DNA of 63,891 bases, filler included, from Theionarchaea archaeon (GCA_018992565.1; 7 parts of 7 records of this genome joined end to end with filler, not necessarily neighbours in it), one strand, 5' to 3'; shown: positions 1-10,346, numbered from the whole stretch's first letter. Translations and numbers: made by a program. Notes: a model not told the origin generated them from the letters alone.

Positions 1-1246
1 CTTTTCTCACCTACAGCTGTTATCTTTGACGTTCTCCCACAGAGTGCACTAACCCACATTTCATAGAACTCAAGAAGCCATCACGTGCGTTTTCTCTTCT
101 GATAATAACCGCATCAATTATTCACATTGTTTTTCTGTCATGAGGAAGCTTCCGGCATGATGCACTAGTTGATCATTCATAGCATGTTTCAGGAGAGCAA
201 GAACTACTGGTTAAAGAACCTCTTTTTGTTCTGCAGAACCCACCCTGGAGGACCACTTTTGCCAATTGGGGTTCAGGTATCTTGTTTCTGATATTGTAGT
301 CTGAATTGTAGTTTATATATAAAGTGCTTTCATATAGATATAATTAATAAAATTCTATATATAAAAATTACTTTTTAATATTGATTTAATAATACTATAT
401 TAATAATACTTACATAAAAAAAATATTTAATTAAAATATAAAGAAATAAATTTAAAATGACAAACAGTATTAAATCAGTATTATTTATTAATTATATTAA
501 ATAAAATATTATATGATGACTAAAAAATTCACTCACTGTAAATACTTTCAATAGTATATAATATATATTATATTACTTCATATATTTATATGATTTTTAC
601 AGAGGATACATAAAATTTCTGCACATTCGCATGGAGAAAGGGTTGGGTCGATCAAAGAAAGTACTTTTTTGAATGAAGAGAGCAGGTTATTTAATGGAAA
701 AATGCATTCTCGAGAGACCTGGGAGTTGGTTTCGTACGTGAAGAGACAGAGAGAATTGTGATTGTACGCAGGAGAGGTTGAGGATTCGAGACATGATAAA
801 TTTCTTGCACAATGTTGATATAGCCCTTCAGTTTCTTGAGCGAGATTATTGGAAAAAGAAAAATAAAAAAGCTATATCTGGGGGTCTATTCATACATCAG
901 GTTTGCTTTCCAAATTTGCACGTTCCTGCCCATGGAACATATCCGCTTATGCAGTCTCCAATTCCGGTGGGCAGATGCCCAGTTCCAGTGCAGTGAAGTG
1001 AGAGGGGTGTTATTTCCCCACCTGACGAAATCAGCTTTGCGTGCATGAATTCACCTCCAGTGTACTTCTGAACCCTTCTCTATATAACTTCTCCTGTCAT
1101 GATAGACTACATGATGAGATCCCGTGAAAAGTGCTCGAGAAACCAATGGTCTCCACTGATTCCATCTTCCTCTGGTGAAACGCTGATTGGTTGGAATACC
1201 AGCCAGAACGTCAAGATGCATTTTCTTCCACCCTTTGTTAGTAGGC

Positions 1247-1441
1247 CTACTTCCTGATCCTGTCCAGAACAAGCTCACCGGCCACAGCTACATTTTCAGG
1301 GAGGCTTTCTTTGACTATCACGATATAGCTCTCTCTCTTAATGCCATATGCTTTCTCCAGTGCGTCGGTAATTTCTTTGACCAGGGTTCTTTTTAGATTT
1401 AAGTCTTCAATTTGTGGTCCATCTACGATTGCCAAGGGCAT
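1247..1441 (-). CDS. 4-oxalocrotonate tautomerase (DmpI-like) family protein
   Basis: 64 aa beginning MPLAIVDGP (catalytic Pro-1), ending in a typical ENVAVAG motif; GAGGTG SD upstream. Confidence 0.85.
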   Translation of the reverse strand: MPLAIVDGPQIEDLNLKRTLVKEITDALEKAYGIKRESYIVIVKESLPENVAVAGELVLDRIRK

Positions 1442-1792
1442 TTGCAACACCTCTTTTAACGAGAAAAATAACCATGGAGTGCATGAGTGATTCAGACACC
1501 TGCACACTCGTGCATTCTTCTCTTCTATCCTTTTAAATGTTCACTTTCTATCTTCTCCTACTGGCTGCTTAGGGACTGCCTGCATAGGAAAAAAACGAGA
1601 GGAATAATGAGCTTAGTGCCATGTAGTCTTTGACAGACACACTGCGCCCTTTATCACATATCATGGATTCTGGATTCTTGCGCACAGGATGGAAGGAGCT
1701 ACGTCAATTTTCAAGTTCGCCCCAAGAAAGGAAAAGATTAAGTGTGAATAGTTCCATGAGACAGTAGGTTTCAGGTCTGAATGGTGATGTGA

Positions 1793-2668
1793 ATGAATGT
1801 GTATTTGGTCTCTCCAGAGAATCGAGAGATAGGAGTGAGGACGCTTCTTGAACAGGTTGACTTTCAGATGTTCAAGAATAAAAAGGTAGCTGTAAAAGCG
1901 AACTTCAATAGCGCAGATCCATTTCCTGGCTCGACTCATCCCGGGACTCTTACTGCGCTTCTTTCCTCACTGGCTTCAGTCAATGCAGATATTGTGGTAG
2001 CAGAACGGAGTGGGATGGGGAAGACGAACAAGGTCCTCAGAGCTCTTCACATTCCTGATGTGGTTTCTAGATATGGTGAGATGGTTGTCATTGATGATCT
2101 TGATGGAGAAGGGTTCTCGCGGTTTCATGGGGAACACTGGCGAAGGGGATTTCTTCTAGCTCAGCCCTTTCTGGATGCCGATTATGTCATTTCAACATGC
2201 TGTCTCAAGACACATCGATTTGGCGGGCACTTCTCATTTTCCTTGAAGAATACCGTGGGGGCCATAGCCAGGGTTGATCCAGAAGATGGATATGATTATA
2301 TGGGGGAACTCCATCAGTCTCCGTATCAAAGAACCATGATAGCAGAAATCAACAAAGCATTCTCGTGTGATCTTGTAATACTGGATGCAATGAGAGGGTT
2401 TTCTACCATGGGGCCCGAACAGGGTCACATCATAGAACCAGGAGTGCTCTTGGCTAGTGAGGATCGAGTGGCAATAGATGCTGTGGGAGTATCTCTCCTC
2501 AGATTGCATGGAACTACGCCAGAAGTGGAACGAGGGTCAGTATTCGATCAGGAGCAGATAAAGAGAGCAGCAGAGCTCCATATTGGGGTGACTTCATCTG
2601 AGAAGATATCTCTTGTGCCTCTGGACAAGAAATCTGAGCACCTGGCCCGGAAGCTCACGGTTACGTGA
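1793..2668 (+). CDS. DUF362 domain protein
   Basis: VAVKANF..PGSTHP, LKTH, SLKNTVG and DRVAIDA motifs. Confidence 0.8.
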   Translation: MNVYLVSPENREIGVRTLLEQVDFQMFKNKKVAVKANFNSADPFPGSTHPGTLTALLSSLASVNADIVVAERSGMGKTNKVLRALHIPDVVSRYGEMVVIDDLDGEGFSRFHGEHWRRGFLLAQPFLDADYVISTCCLKTHRFGGHFSFSLKNTVGAIARVDPEDGYDYMGELHQSPYQRTMIAEINKAFSCDLVILDAMRGFSTMGPEQGHIIEPGVLLASEDRVAIDAVGVSLLRLHGTTPEVERGSVFDQEQIKRAAELHIGVTSSEKISLVPLDKKSEHLARKLTVT

Positions 2669-2702
2669 TAGTTCAATCATGCGCTCACGTTCTCTTCCAG
2701 CT

Positions 2703-3035
2703 CTAGAGATAGGTTTGCTGCGGGTTCCACTGGTACTTTTTCAAGTCTATACCGTCACGCTTTCCGAATACTACTCCCTCTTTTTCTAGAAGAGCTTTCT
2801 GCGTCTCATATCCTGAACCATGAGGTAGTGATATTCCGCCTTTGCTGTTTATCACTCTGTGCCAGGGTAGATTCTCCTTGCGGGAAGACGCATGCAAGAC
2901 CCATGCCACCTGACGGGCTCCCTGTGGATTTCCCGCATATTTCGCAATCTGACCGTAGGTGGCAACTTTTCCTGCGGGTATGCTCCTGATGATTTCCTTT
3001 ACAGCGTCGAAAAAAGAATCTTCGAATTCGTCCAT
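2703..3035 (-). CDS. Alkyltransferase-like (ATL/YbaZ, MGMT family) DNA-binding protein
   Basis: IPAGKVATYGQIA and PWHRV (Trp replaces the catalytic Cys of PCHRV). Confidence 0.9.
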   Translation of the reverse strand: MDEFEDSFFDAVKEIIRSIPAGKVATYGQIAKYAGNPQGARQVAWVLHASSRKENLPWHRVINSKGGISLPHGSGYETQKALLEKEGVVFGKRDGIDLKKYQWNPQQTYL

Positions 3036-3302
3036 GCTGAAGACAGAGTCTCAAGACATAAGAGCTTTTCCGTACTGCGAAGACTCGGAGCCCGGTGGAT
3101 ATTCAGAGAGAGGAGGATGGATTGATTTTTTTGCTGTAGCTATTCAGTAGAGAAGGGATAGTTTGGAAAGTTTTTGCAGAATTGCCCTGGAGCGAACTTC
3201 TGCCCATCCACAAGGACTCCAATTAACGCGTGTAAGAATCTATCGACCCGGGAATGCTGTTACAGTGGAGGCAGCAAACCATACCCATGTGCTTTCAGTA
3301 TA

Positions 3303-3393
3303 GGCTGTGAGGGGCCGTAGGGGTGAAAGATGTGTCCTCCCACATCAAGACGGACTGCCTTTTTTCGAAAGGAAGCGAATCTGCCGACCCCTC
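3303..3393 (-). ncRNA. Candidate structured small RNA (H/ACA-like architecture, unclassified)
   Basis: 9-bp terminal stem GAGGGGUCG/CGGCCCCUC followed by ACA; two internal hairpins; promoter AAAGACTTAAATA at the right distance, identical to the tRNA-Val promoter. Confidence 0.45.
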
Positions 3394-3520
3394 GGATATA
3401 TTCCCTCCTACACGTATTTAAGTCTTTCGTCAAAACGCCAGAAATTGGATCTTATGAAACATTGGAGTAAGAGGTGACAGAAACTGCGGTCAATGTGAAG
3501 GGGTGAGCATATTCTGCTCA

Positions 3521-3931
3521 CTATCCGGAGGCAGTAGTCAAGATCTCCTTGAGTGCCTGGAGCGTGGTCTTTCCCTCTGGAGATTTTTCTATGAACCTTC
3601 CTACTTCATTGAAGTCAGCATTAAAGAAGACAAAAACCGGAATCCTTCTTGAGCCCAACGTGGTGTATTCCTTCATGAGGTTGGGATTCTCATCTCTCCT
3701 GAAGATCTTCATTTCCCAGTGTGCTGTATCTGAAATATACGCTATGAAGGGCACTTCGCGCTTACAATCCTTACACCACTCTTCTGATATACACAGGACC
3801 TTCAGCTTGAGAGAAGAAAAGAACTCTTGATCTTCCAATGAGAGCGATACCTGCTGATATGCTCTCAGGGACTCAGGGGAGGTTGTATATTCTGTGAATG
3901 ATTTTCCTCTGGAGAATGTTTCTCTGTTCAC
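3521..3931 (-). CDS. Thioredoxin-family protein
   Basis: WCKDC motif and cis-Pro motif RRIPVF. Confidence 0.85.
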   Translation of the reverse strand: MNRETFSRGKSFTEYTTSPESLRAYQQVSLSLEDQEFFSSLKLKVLCISEEWCKDCKREVPFIAYISDTAHWEMKIFRRDENPNLMKEYTTLGSRRIPVFVFFNADFNEVGRFIEKSPEGKTTLQALKEILTTASG

Positions 3932-4096
3932 GCTCTCTGTTTCTACAGGTCTTTTTAAGTGTTTTCTTGCCAGGAAGAAGGCATGCCCGAAACCTTCATA
4001 GTTGAAAGTGTGCCCATGAGGAATTCTGACTTCCTCAACTTTGAGGTCAATAAACTGTGAAAAGTGCAGGGAAAACAGAAAAGAGAGGAAAAGAGA

Positions 4097-4570
4097 CTAT
4101 GTGATCTTGACATTCTGTGACGTGGCTGCTTCTTTGTTCTTGGACAGTGTAATCTCCAGAACACCGTTTCTGCAGGTGGCAGTGACATCCTGGGATTTTA
4201 CCGAAACAGGAAGCGGTACAATTGTGTGAAACTTTCTTCCCGTTTCATCGGGTTCCTGGTCGTGCTTTCCAGCGTCTATCTCAACTTTCTCAGATGTCAC
4301 AGTGAGGTTAATGTCCTCCTTTTCCATGCCTGGGACTTCGACTGTCACAATGACACTGGTGGGTGTCTGTTGAACATCCACAACAGGTTCCATTCTTCCT
4401 GGTATGGCCCGGGGATTCTGTGGAATACTCTCTGGTCTCCAGTCCTCCGGAATACTACCTACACCCTGACAGGAATTACCCTGACAGGAGGTGCATGAAG
4501 AGGATGCAGCAAACATTCTTTCCATTTCTTCCTGCATTCTCCGCATCTCATCAAATATATCCCATTCCAT
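4097..4570 (-). CDS. Small heat-shock protein (Hsp20/alpha-crystallin)
   Basis: FDEMRRMQEEM N-terminus; VPG..KEDI and ATCRNGVLEI motifs. Confidence 0.92.
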   Translation of the reverse strand: MEWDIFDEMRRMQEEMERMFAASSSCTSCQGNSCQGVGSIPEDWRPESIPQNPRAIPGRMEPVVDVQQTPTSVIVTVEVPGMEKEDINLTVTSEKVEIDAGKHDQEPDETGRKFHTIVPLPVSVKSQDVTATCRNGVLEITLSKNKEAATSQNVKIT

Positions 4571-4588
4571 TATATCACCTTGATTAGA

Positions 4589-4630
4589 TTAACTTCAAGT
4601 TAACTTAACTTTAGGTATATATAAACCTTT
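4589..4630 (-). promoter_or_regulatory. hsp20 promoter (BRE-TATA) with TTAAC-N5-GTTAA heat-shock operator
   Basis: AAAGG-TTTATATA at ~4615-4630; palindrome at 4589-4603 overlapping the predicted TSS. Confidence 0.6.
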
Positions 4631-5107
4631 CGGTTGTGAGGATCGGACAATCCCAATGCGGGTTGGGATCAATTAGCGTCTGGCCGGGAGAATCAATGAA
4701 CAGCAACCCACATTCACGAAATCTCTAATATCCAAGATGAATGTCTGCAGGCTGCATCGGGATTCTGTCTTGAGAGAAATAAACTATTCTCAATATATTT
4801 TTTGAATATTATAATGAATAAGTATATTGTGTATGAATTTTTTTAATAGTATTTATTAATAAATGTCAATAAAATAATATATTAAAGAGTATTTAATCAT
4901 TGATTTAAATGAGTCTTCATAAAATTTCTGCGCACATTTCCCTGTCTGATAAATGGAAGAATACTGAAACGTACGTGCAGGGGGTTCGATAGTTGATATT
5001 TTTTCTGCAACTTTTAATGGTGGGATAAACCAGTTCAGGGTAGAGCGGGAAAAGTGAGATGTTATGTATTTTCTGCACAATCCGAATACTTCGCATTATG
5101 AGAGGGA

Positions 5108-5839
5108 TCACAATCTTTCGCCACAGTGGGGGCAAAAGCTGCTCCCTGGAGGCACATTTCTACCACAGTGGCTGCACAGTGGTTCCATGAGGTCTACAGA
5201 ACCAGCAGATTCCTTGAACGGGGATTGCTCCAGGGATTTTCGCATTTTTCCTGACATAGATCTGTAGAGAACAACCATCAAAGGAACGACAAGCACATTG
5301 ATGTACCAATTCGGGGCCATCAAGATAGTATTAAAGATTCCGTGGGCAATAATGGAGAGAGCCAGTCCTATTGGTATGGTATTTTTCCCTGTGGATTTCT
5401 TCAGTCCCAGGGCATATCCCCAGAATGAGGCAAAGAGCACATGTCCAAGTGTGGAGATTGTTGCTCTCCCCAGCATCACAGAAGCCCCGTAGGAGTAAAT
5501 GTAGAATAGGTTCTCCAGTGATGCAAATCCCAAGGCTGCAGCAGCACTGTAGATGATGCCATCCATGACTTCATTGAATTGTGATTTCTTATACATATAA
5601 AGGTAGATGGCGAGAAACTTGAGGGTTTCTTCAATAACACCTACCAGTATCTCATCGACCATGCCGAATTCATGAATTACTATTTCCTCCAGGAGGGCAG
5701 CCGGGATGACCATTCCAGCTCCCAGAAAGAAGCTCTTTATTAGACAGCTGGCAGGTTCTCTCTCATACCTGTCCTTTCTCCAGAAGAACCACAGCCAGAA
5801 AGCACCTGGAGCCACTGCAAGCGCCACATATTCTATCAT
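5108..5839 (-). CDS. PrsW-family intramembrane metalloprotease with C-terminal zinc ribbon
   Basis: DRYEREP, EETLK, GFASLEN, H and HGIFN motifs; CxxC..CxxC tail. Confidence 0.9.
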   Translation of the reverse strand: MIEYVALAVAPGAFWLWFFWRKDRYEREPASCLIKSFFLGAGMVIPAALLEEIVIHEFGMVDEILVGVIEETLKFLAIYLYMYKKSQFNEVMDGIIYSAAAALGFASLENLFYIYSYGASVMLGRATISTLGHVLFASFWGYALGLKKSTGKNTIPIGLALSIIAHGIFNTILMAPNWYINVLVVPLMVVLYRSMSGKMRKSLEQSPFKESAGSVDLMEPLCSHCGRNVPPGSSFCPHCGERL

Positions 5840-6016
5840 TCCTGTTCCTCCGCACTCATTCTATAGACGCCACACCTGAGAGGTGCTCGCTACCATTGCG
5901 TGAGCCTCCTTGAAAAACCTTGCGATGTCCTCTCATTTCATGATAGCATGACCCCCGACCTCAGGCAGATAGAGGCGAAATGCCAACTCTTTTAAGTCAT
6001 GAAGGTAAATTATCCC

Positions 6017-6820
6017 ATGGAAGAACTCATTCGCGAGATCTGCAGTGATTTGGAACAAGAAGTGTCAATCAGAATACTGTTTGCTGTGGAGAATGGCAGT
6101 CGTGCATGGAGAATGGCCAGCAGTGATAGTGATTACGACGTACGATTTGTTTTTACTCGACCTGTAAGAGAATACCTGCAGATCAAGAGACCGACCCAGG
6201 TCATAACTGCTTCTTTTGACAGAAATGGTTGCCCCTGTACTGAGAATGTCTTTATTGACATGAGTGGATTTGATATTTTCAAATATGTGGAATTGCTTTC
6301 AAAATCAAACCCAACTGCGATTGAATGGCTTGTTACTGACATTGTGTATTATGGGAAACAGAACGAGGTATTCAAGGATTTTGCTCTACAATATTTCAGT
6401 GAACTCGCACTCTACCATCACTATGCATCAATGTGCAGAGACAACTACAAAAAGTACATACAATCCAGAAAACGTCTCACGTACAAAGTATATCTTTATG
6501 CGTTACGGGGACTGATAAATGCGTTGTGGGTTCTTCACAGGAGACGCGTTCCCCCCATTGCATTTAGGGATGCTGTACAGGGGATGGCAGAGATTGTCCC
6601 TCCATCTATTAGTGGCTTGATAGACGACATCATGAGATTGAAATCACAGGGTACAGAAAAGGCGAAAATAGAAAACATCCCGGAAATTGATGAGTATATT
6701 GAAGGGTTCCTTGAGGATAGTGCAGGTGTCTCACTTGAGAAACCTGAGCCGCCACTGGACATGCTTAACAGGGAAGTGCAGAGGATTCTTCTGTGCTCCT
6801 GCGATGGCCAAGAGGGGTAA
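6017..6820 (+). CDS. Pol-beta-type nucleotidyltransferase (YcgL/RlaP, PF10127-like)
   Basis: AVENGSRAW...SDSDYDVRF motif, KSNP...EWL, KVYLYALR. Confidence 0.85.
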   Translation: MEELIREICSDLEQEVSIRILFAVENGSRAWRMASSDSDYDVRFVFTRPVREYLQIKRPTQVITASFDRNGCPCTENVFIDMSGFDIFKYVELLSKSNPTAIEWLVTDIVYYGKQNEVFKDFALQYFSELALYHHYASMCRDNYKKYIQSRKRLTYKVYLYALRGLINALWVLHRRRVPPIAFRDAVQGMAEIVPPSISGLIDDIMRLKSQGTEKAKIENIPEIDEYIEGFLEDSAGVSLEKPEPPLDMLNREVQRILLCSCDGQEG

Positions 6821-6906
6821 GAACAGAAAAATCAGAGGGCTGTTACATGAGAAAGGTTGATGTTGTCATTGCCCTGATGCTGGTAGGAGGGTGCCTTATG
6901 CAATCC

Positions 6907-7626
6907 TCACGAGAACACCAGGCACCAGGGTACGAAGTTGATGTGTCTCGTCTCTTCTCGGGGTTCGGTATGCACGAGCCTGATTTCGAAGAGGTAGGGC
7001 CACAATTTTCCCGTGACAAACAGCCTGTCCCCCTGTGCATCGTAGGCTATGCCGTTCAGGACATCTGCCTCCTGAGAAACCCCCTGAGAAGACAAGAGTC
7101 CTTGAAGATCAATCCACCCTGTGACTTCACCAGTTTCAGGATCAATGATGATAATGGTATCAGTCAACCATACATTGGCATATATTCTGCCCTTCACGAA
7201 TTCCAGTTCATTCAACCTTGTTACCGGGCCTGAATCATCATGAACCTCAATAGTCTTCACCTCAAGGAAGGTCTCAGGGTCCAAGAAGTGCAGGACTGCT
7301 GTCCCATCGCTCATAANNNNNNNNNNNNNNNNNNNNNNNNNNNNNNNNNNNNNNNNNNNNNNNNNNNNNNNNNNNNNNNNNNNNNNNNNNNNNNNNNNNN
7401 NNNNNNNNNNNNNNNNCCGCAGTGAGGACCGTCCCGTTAACCCAGTTCCTTCATATAAGAACTCATCAGCATATACGAGCCCCTGGGTGAAGGCTCCTGG
7501 GTCGTGTGGGTACATTGATACCACCTGGTAGGTAAACCATCCTGTCTCCTGCTCGGATTCCTGTTGCAGGCACCCTGCACACCCAGCCCCCATGACGACC
7601 AGTATTACTAGAGTATAGCTCTTCAT
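6907..7626 (-). CDS. Glutaminyl-peptide cyclotransferase, lipoprotein-like (interrupted by a 100-N gap)
   Basis: YPHD..AFTQGL, LNELE, YANVW, VLNGIAYD, TGKLWP. Confidence 0.9.
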   Translation of the reverse strand: MKSYTLVILVVMGAGCAGCLQQESEQETGWFTYQVVSMYPHDPGAFTQGLVYADEFLYEGTGLTGRSSLRXXXXXXXXXXXXXXXXXXXXXXXXXXXXXXXXXXMSDGTAVLHFLDPETFLEVKTIEVHDDSGPVTRLNELEFVKGRIYANVWLTDTIIIIDPETGEVTGWIDLQGLLSSQGVSQEADVLNGIAYDAQGDRLFVTGKLWPYLFEIRLVHTEPREETRHINFVPWCLVFS

Positions 7627-7634
7627 GGAATTTC

Positions 7635-8120
7635 TCAACTCACGTTTCTCAATGCCTTTATACAGGTGTTCTCCATGTCTGGAGATTTAATCACCACCAT
7701 TTCCGCGCATTGGCAGATCTCCTGAGCTGTACTCTTCACCATGGGAAGACATACCTGGCTACAGAGAAGAGTACCTCTTTCTCTGAAGATCTCCCACAGA
7801 GGACAATACATGTGATGAAATAAAACCATGTCCTCTTCTTCCTTCACTGATATGGTGACACCCATAGCTTTTGATCCGATAATCCAGGAATCCACTGCAT
7901 CCTCAAACGTATCGTGTAGCCCAGCTTCTCTCCTCAATGTTTCAGCTGTAGCCTTTCCTGCAGCTATTGCTGCATTCTCCAAGATCGCGTTGGGTTCAAT
8001 ATTCCTGGCTATCAGTTCTTCATGGATGGACAGTGCAAATCGTACATATACATCCAGGATCCCTTTGACCTTCACAGATGAAGGAAGATACATTCTAGCT
8101 ATAACAGCTCTAATGTTCAT
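7635..8120 (-). CDS. L-2-amino-thiazoline-4-carboxylate hydrolase-like / V4R-type ligand-binding protein
   Basis: CPL..F...C..VC...C cysteine pattern. Confidence 0.5.
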   Translation of the reverse strand: MNIRAVIARMYLPSSVKVKGILDVYVRFALSIHEELIARNIEPNAILENAAIAAGKATAETLRREAGLHDTFEDAVDSWIIGSKAMGVTISVKEEEDMVLFHHMYCPLWEIFRERGTLLCSQVCLPMVKSTAQEICQCAEMVVIKSPDMENTCIKALRNVS

Positions 8121-8229
8121 CTATCAGACGTTGATTCTTCTCTTAAAAAGGTTGACTGAGACTTTGTAGAATTCCTGCACAGCCCGGAGCAAATGAAAAC
8201 CTTTTTCTTTTAGACTTCAAAGAGAAGAC

Positions 8230-9309
8230 ATGAGTCCTCTGAATTTACAAATTGGGTCGTGCAAGAAGGGAGACTCCAACACTATAGCTGATGTGAAAGG
8301 AGTCTCTGTGGGCCACTGCACGCTCATCCAGGGGGAAGGACCTCTCATTCCAGGAAAAGGACCAGTCAGAACAGGTGTCACTGCTATTATTCCCCATCCT
8401 GGAAATGTCTACCAGGAAAAAGTTCTCGCCAACTGCCATGTCATTAATGGGTATTGTAAGCCTATGGGGTTAATTCAGGTGAGGGAACTGGGTGTTCTGG
8501 AGACCCCGCTTGTCTTGACCAATACTCTCAGCGTGGGAACTGCTGCAGATGCCCTCATACAGTATATGCTTGACAGAAACCCAGATATAGGAGTAACCAC
8601 GGGATCAGTGAACCCTCTGGTACTGGAATGTAATGATTCCTATTTGAATGACATCAGGGGAAGACATGTGAGAACAGACCACGTCATGAGCGCACTGGCA
8701 AATGCACACCACGATTTTGAACAAGGTGCTGTGGGCGCAGGCACGGGCATGAGTGCTTTCGAATTCAAGGGAGGGATCGGTTCATCTTCCCGAGTGGCAC
8801 CAGTCATGGATGATACGTGTATGGTGGGAGTCCTGGTACTAAGCAATTTCGGAAGGAGAGAAGATTTCATTGTCAGTGGCATACCCGTGGGGAAGGAGCT
8901 GGTTGACTGGCCAGAACCAGGAAGAACACCTGAAGGAGAAAAGGGAAGTATTATCATGATTGTAGCTACTGATTGTCACCTGACGTCCCGTCAGCTGGGA
9001 AGGGTGGCCAGGAGAGCAGGAATTGGGCTGGCCCGCACAGGAGGGAATTCCTACCATGGGAGTGGAGATGTGGTTCTTGCTTTTTCCACCGCACAAAAGA
9101 TACTTCATGATTCAGACACTATTCACGAATTAAAGGCTGTTCCTGATCACCTGCTGAACCAGGTTTTCACAGCCACTGCAGAGGCTACAGAAGAAGCCAT
9201 CCTAAACTCACTGCTGCATGCTAAAACGACTGATGGGAGGGACAACAGAGTGCGATATCATATCCCTGAAGAGGAACTCGACGCTATCCTGAGGGGGTGC
9301 AGGCTGTGA
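8230..9309 (+). CDS. DmpA-like aminopeptidase (peptidase S58/P1)
   Basis: GAVGAGTGM, KGGIGSSSR, GS autoprocessing site (EKG-SIIM), GSGD. Confidence 0.93.
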   Translation: MSPLNLQIGSCKKGDSNTIADVKGVSVGHCTLIQGEGPLIPGKGPVRTGVTAIIPHPGNVYQEKVLANCHVINGYCKPMGLIQVRELGVLETPLVLTNTLSVGTAADALIQYMLDRNPDIGVTTGSVNPLVLECNDSYLNDIRGRHVRTDHVMSALANAHHDFEQGAVGAGTGMSAFEFKGGIGSSSRVAPVMDDTCMVGVLVLSNFGRREDFIVSGIPVGKELVDWPEPGRTPEGEKGSIIMIVATDCHLTSRQLGRVARRAGIGLARTGGNSYHGSGDVVLAFSTAQKILHDSDTIHELKAVPDHLLNQVFTATAEATEEAILNSLLHAKTTDGRDNRVRYHIPEEELDAILRGCRL

Positions 9310-9602
9310 AGTGGAAGGAAAAGGTGAAATGCATCAAGTGTGGTGCAGAAGTCTATCCAGAATTTCCATTTTGTACGAAATGTGGGTATGACATACCTCC
9401 AAAGGAACAACAATCTCCGTATGCAATCATTTTCACGGCGGCAATGCTTATTCTTGGGTTACTCACATCTCCTAGAGGTGATGGATTTCTCATTCTATTA
9501 GTGGGATATTCCTTCTTGCTCTTGATAGTTGTATGGCAGGTGCTCCCTCTTTTCAGTCGGCTGAGTGAACAGGATGCACCCAGGATAAGAAGGAAGTGGT
9601 AG
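9297..9602 (+). CDS. Zinc-ribbon membrane protein
   Basis: CIKCG...CTKCG followed by two hydrophobic helices; exact start uncertain. Confidence 0.55.
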   Translation: MQAVKWKEKVKCIKCGAEVYPEFPFCTKCGYDIPPKEQQSPYAIIFTAAMLILGLLTSPRGDGFLILLVGYSFLLLIVVWQVLPLFSRLSEQDAPRIRRKW

Positions 9603-9680
9603 TAGTACGACAATATGACAAGAAGACTCTGTTCAGATCTCGCATCGCAAAGTATTTTAGTCAGATTTTCAAGGGAAATC

Positions 9681-10346
9681 ATGGCTGAGAACGTCATGTG
9701 GTTCGACCTGGGACTCACAGAGTACATGTACGTATATGACGTGCAGCGGACATTGGCTTTCTGTGTAGCACAGGGGACTTTCCCTCAGACCCTGCTTCTC
9801 CTTGAACATGAACCAGTATATACCGTAGGAAAGTCAGGAACCGGGAACCAGCTGCAGGGAACGCATGCACTTGAGGTGGATAGAGGAGGAGGTATCACAT
9901 ATCATGGACCTGGCCAATTGGTTGGGTACCCTATCCTGAGGTTGGGTTCAAGAAGGGTTTCCACCTACATCAGGACTCTCGAGGAGAGCCTCATTCTCTT
10001 ATTGAAAGAATACGGAATACCAGCATCAATAAAGGAAGGTTACCCCGGAGTATGGGTGGGGCCTGAGAAGATTGCATCCATAGGAGTACGCGTCAGGGAT
10101 ATGGTAACGTATCATGGGTTTGCCCTGAATGTCACTACAGATTTAGAACCCTTCAACAGGATTAACCCCTGTGGATTGGATATTTCGATGACATCCGTCA
10201 GAGAGCAGACACACCAGGACATATCAGTGGACCAGGTAAAGACAGCGTACAGGAAGGTGTTTGAACAGTGTTTTGATGCAGTACTGGAGCAGGGGACCTT
10301 AGACCTGTTAGAGAAAGTACGGAATTCTCAGCCCTCCCCGGAATAG
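9681..10346 (+). CDS. lipB: Lipoyl(octanoyl) transferase
   Basis: EHEPVYT, RGGGITYHGPGQ, KIASIG, HGFALN, PCG. Confidence 0.93.
   Translation: MAENVMWFDLGLTEYMYVYDVQRTLAFCVAQGTFPQTLLLLEHEPVYTVGKSGTGNQLQGTHALEVDRGGGITYHGPGQLVGYPILRLGSRRVSTYIRTLEESLILLLKEYGIPASIKEGYPGVWVGPEKIASIGVRVRDMVTYHGFALNVTTDLEPFNRINPCGLDISMTSVREQTHQDISVDQVKTAYRKVFEQCFDAVLEQGTLDLLEKVRNSQPSPE

Noticed and set aside
3150..3400. RNase P, SRP RNA or a known riboswitch
   Set aside because: Lacks GAGGAAAGUCC/P4, SRP helix-8 and riboswitch consensus motifs; kept only as an unclassified candidate
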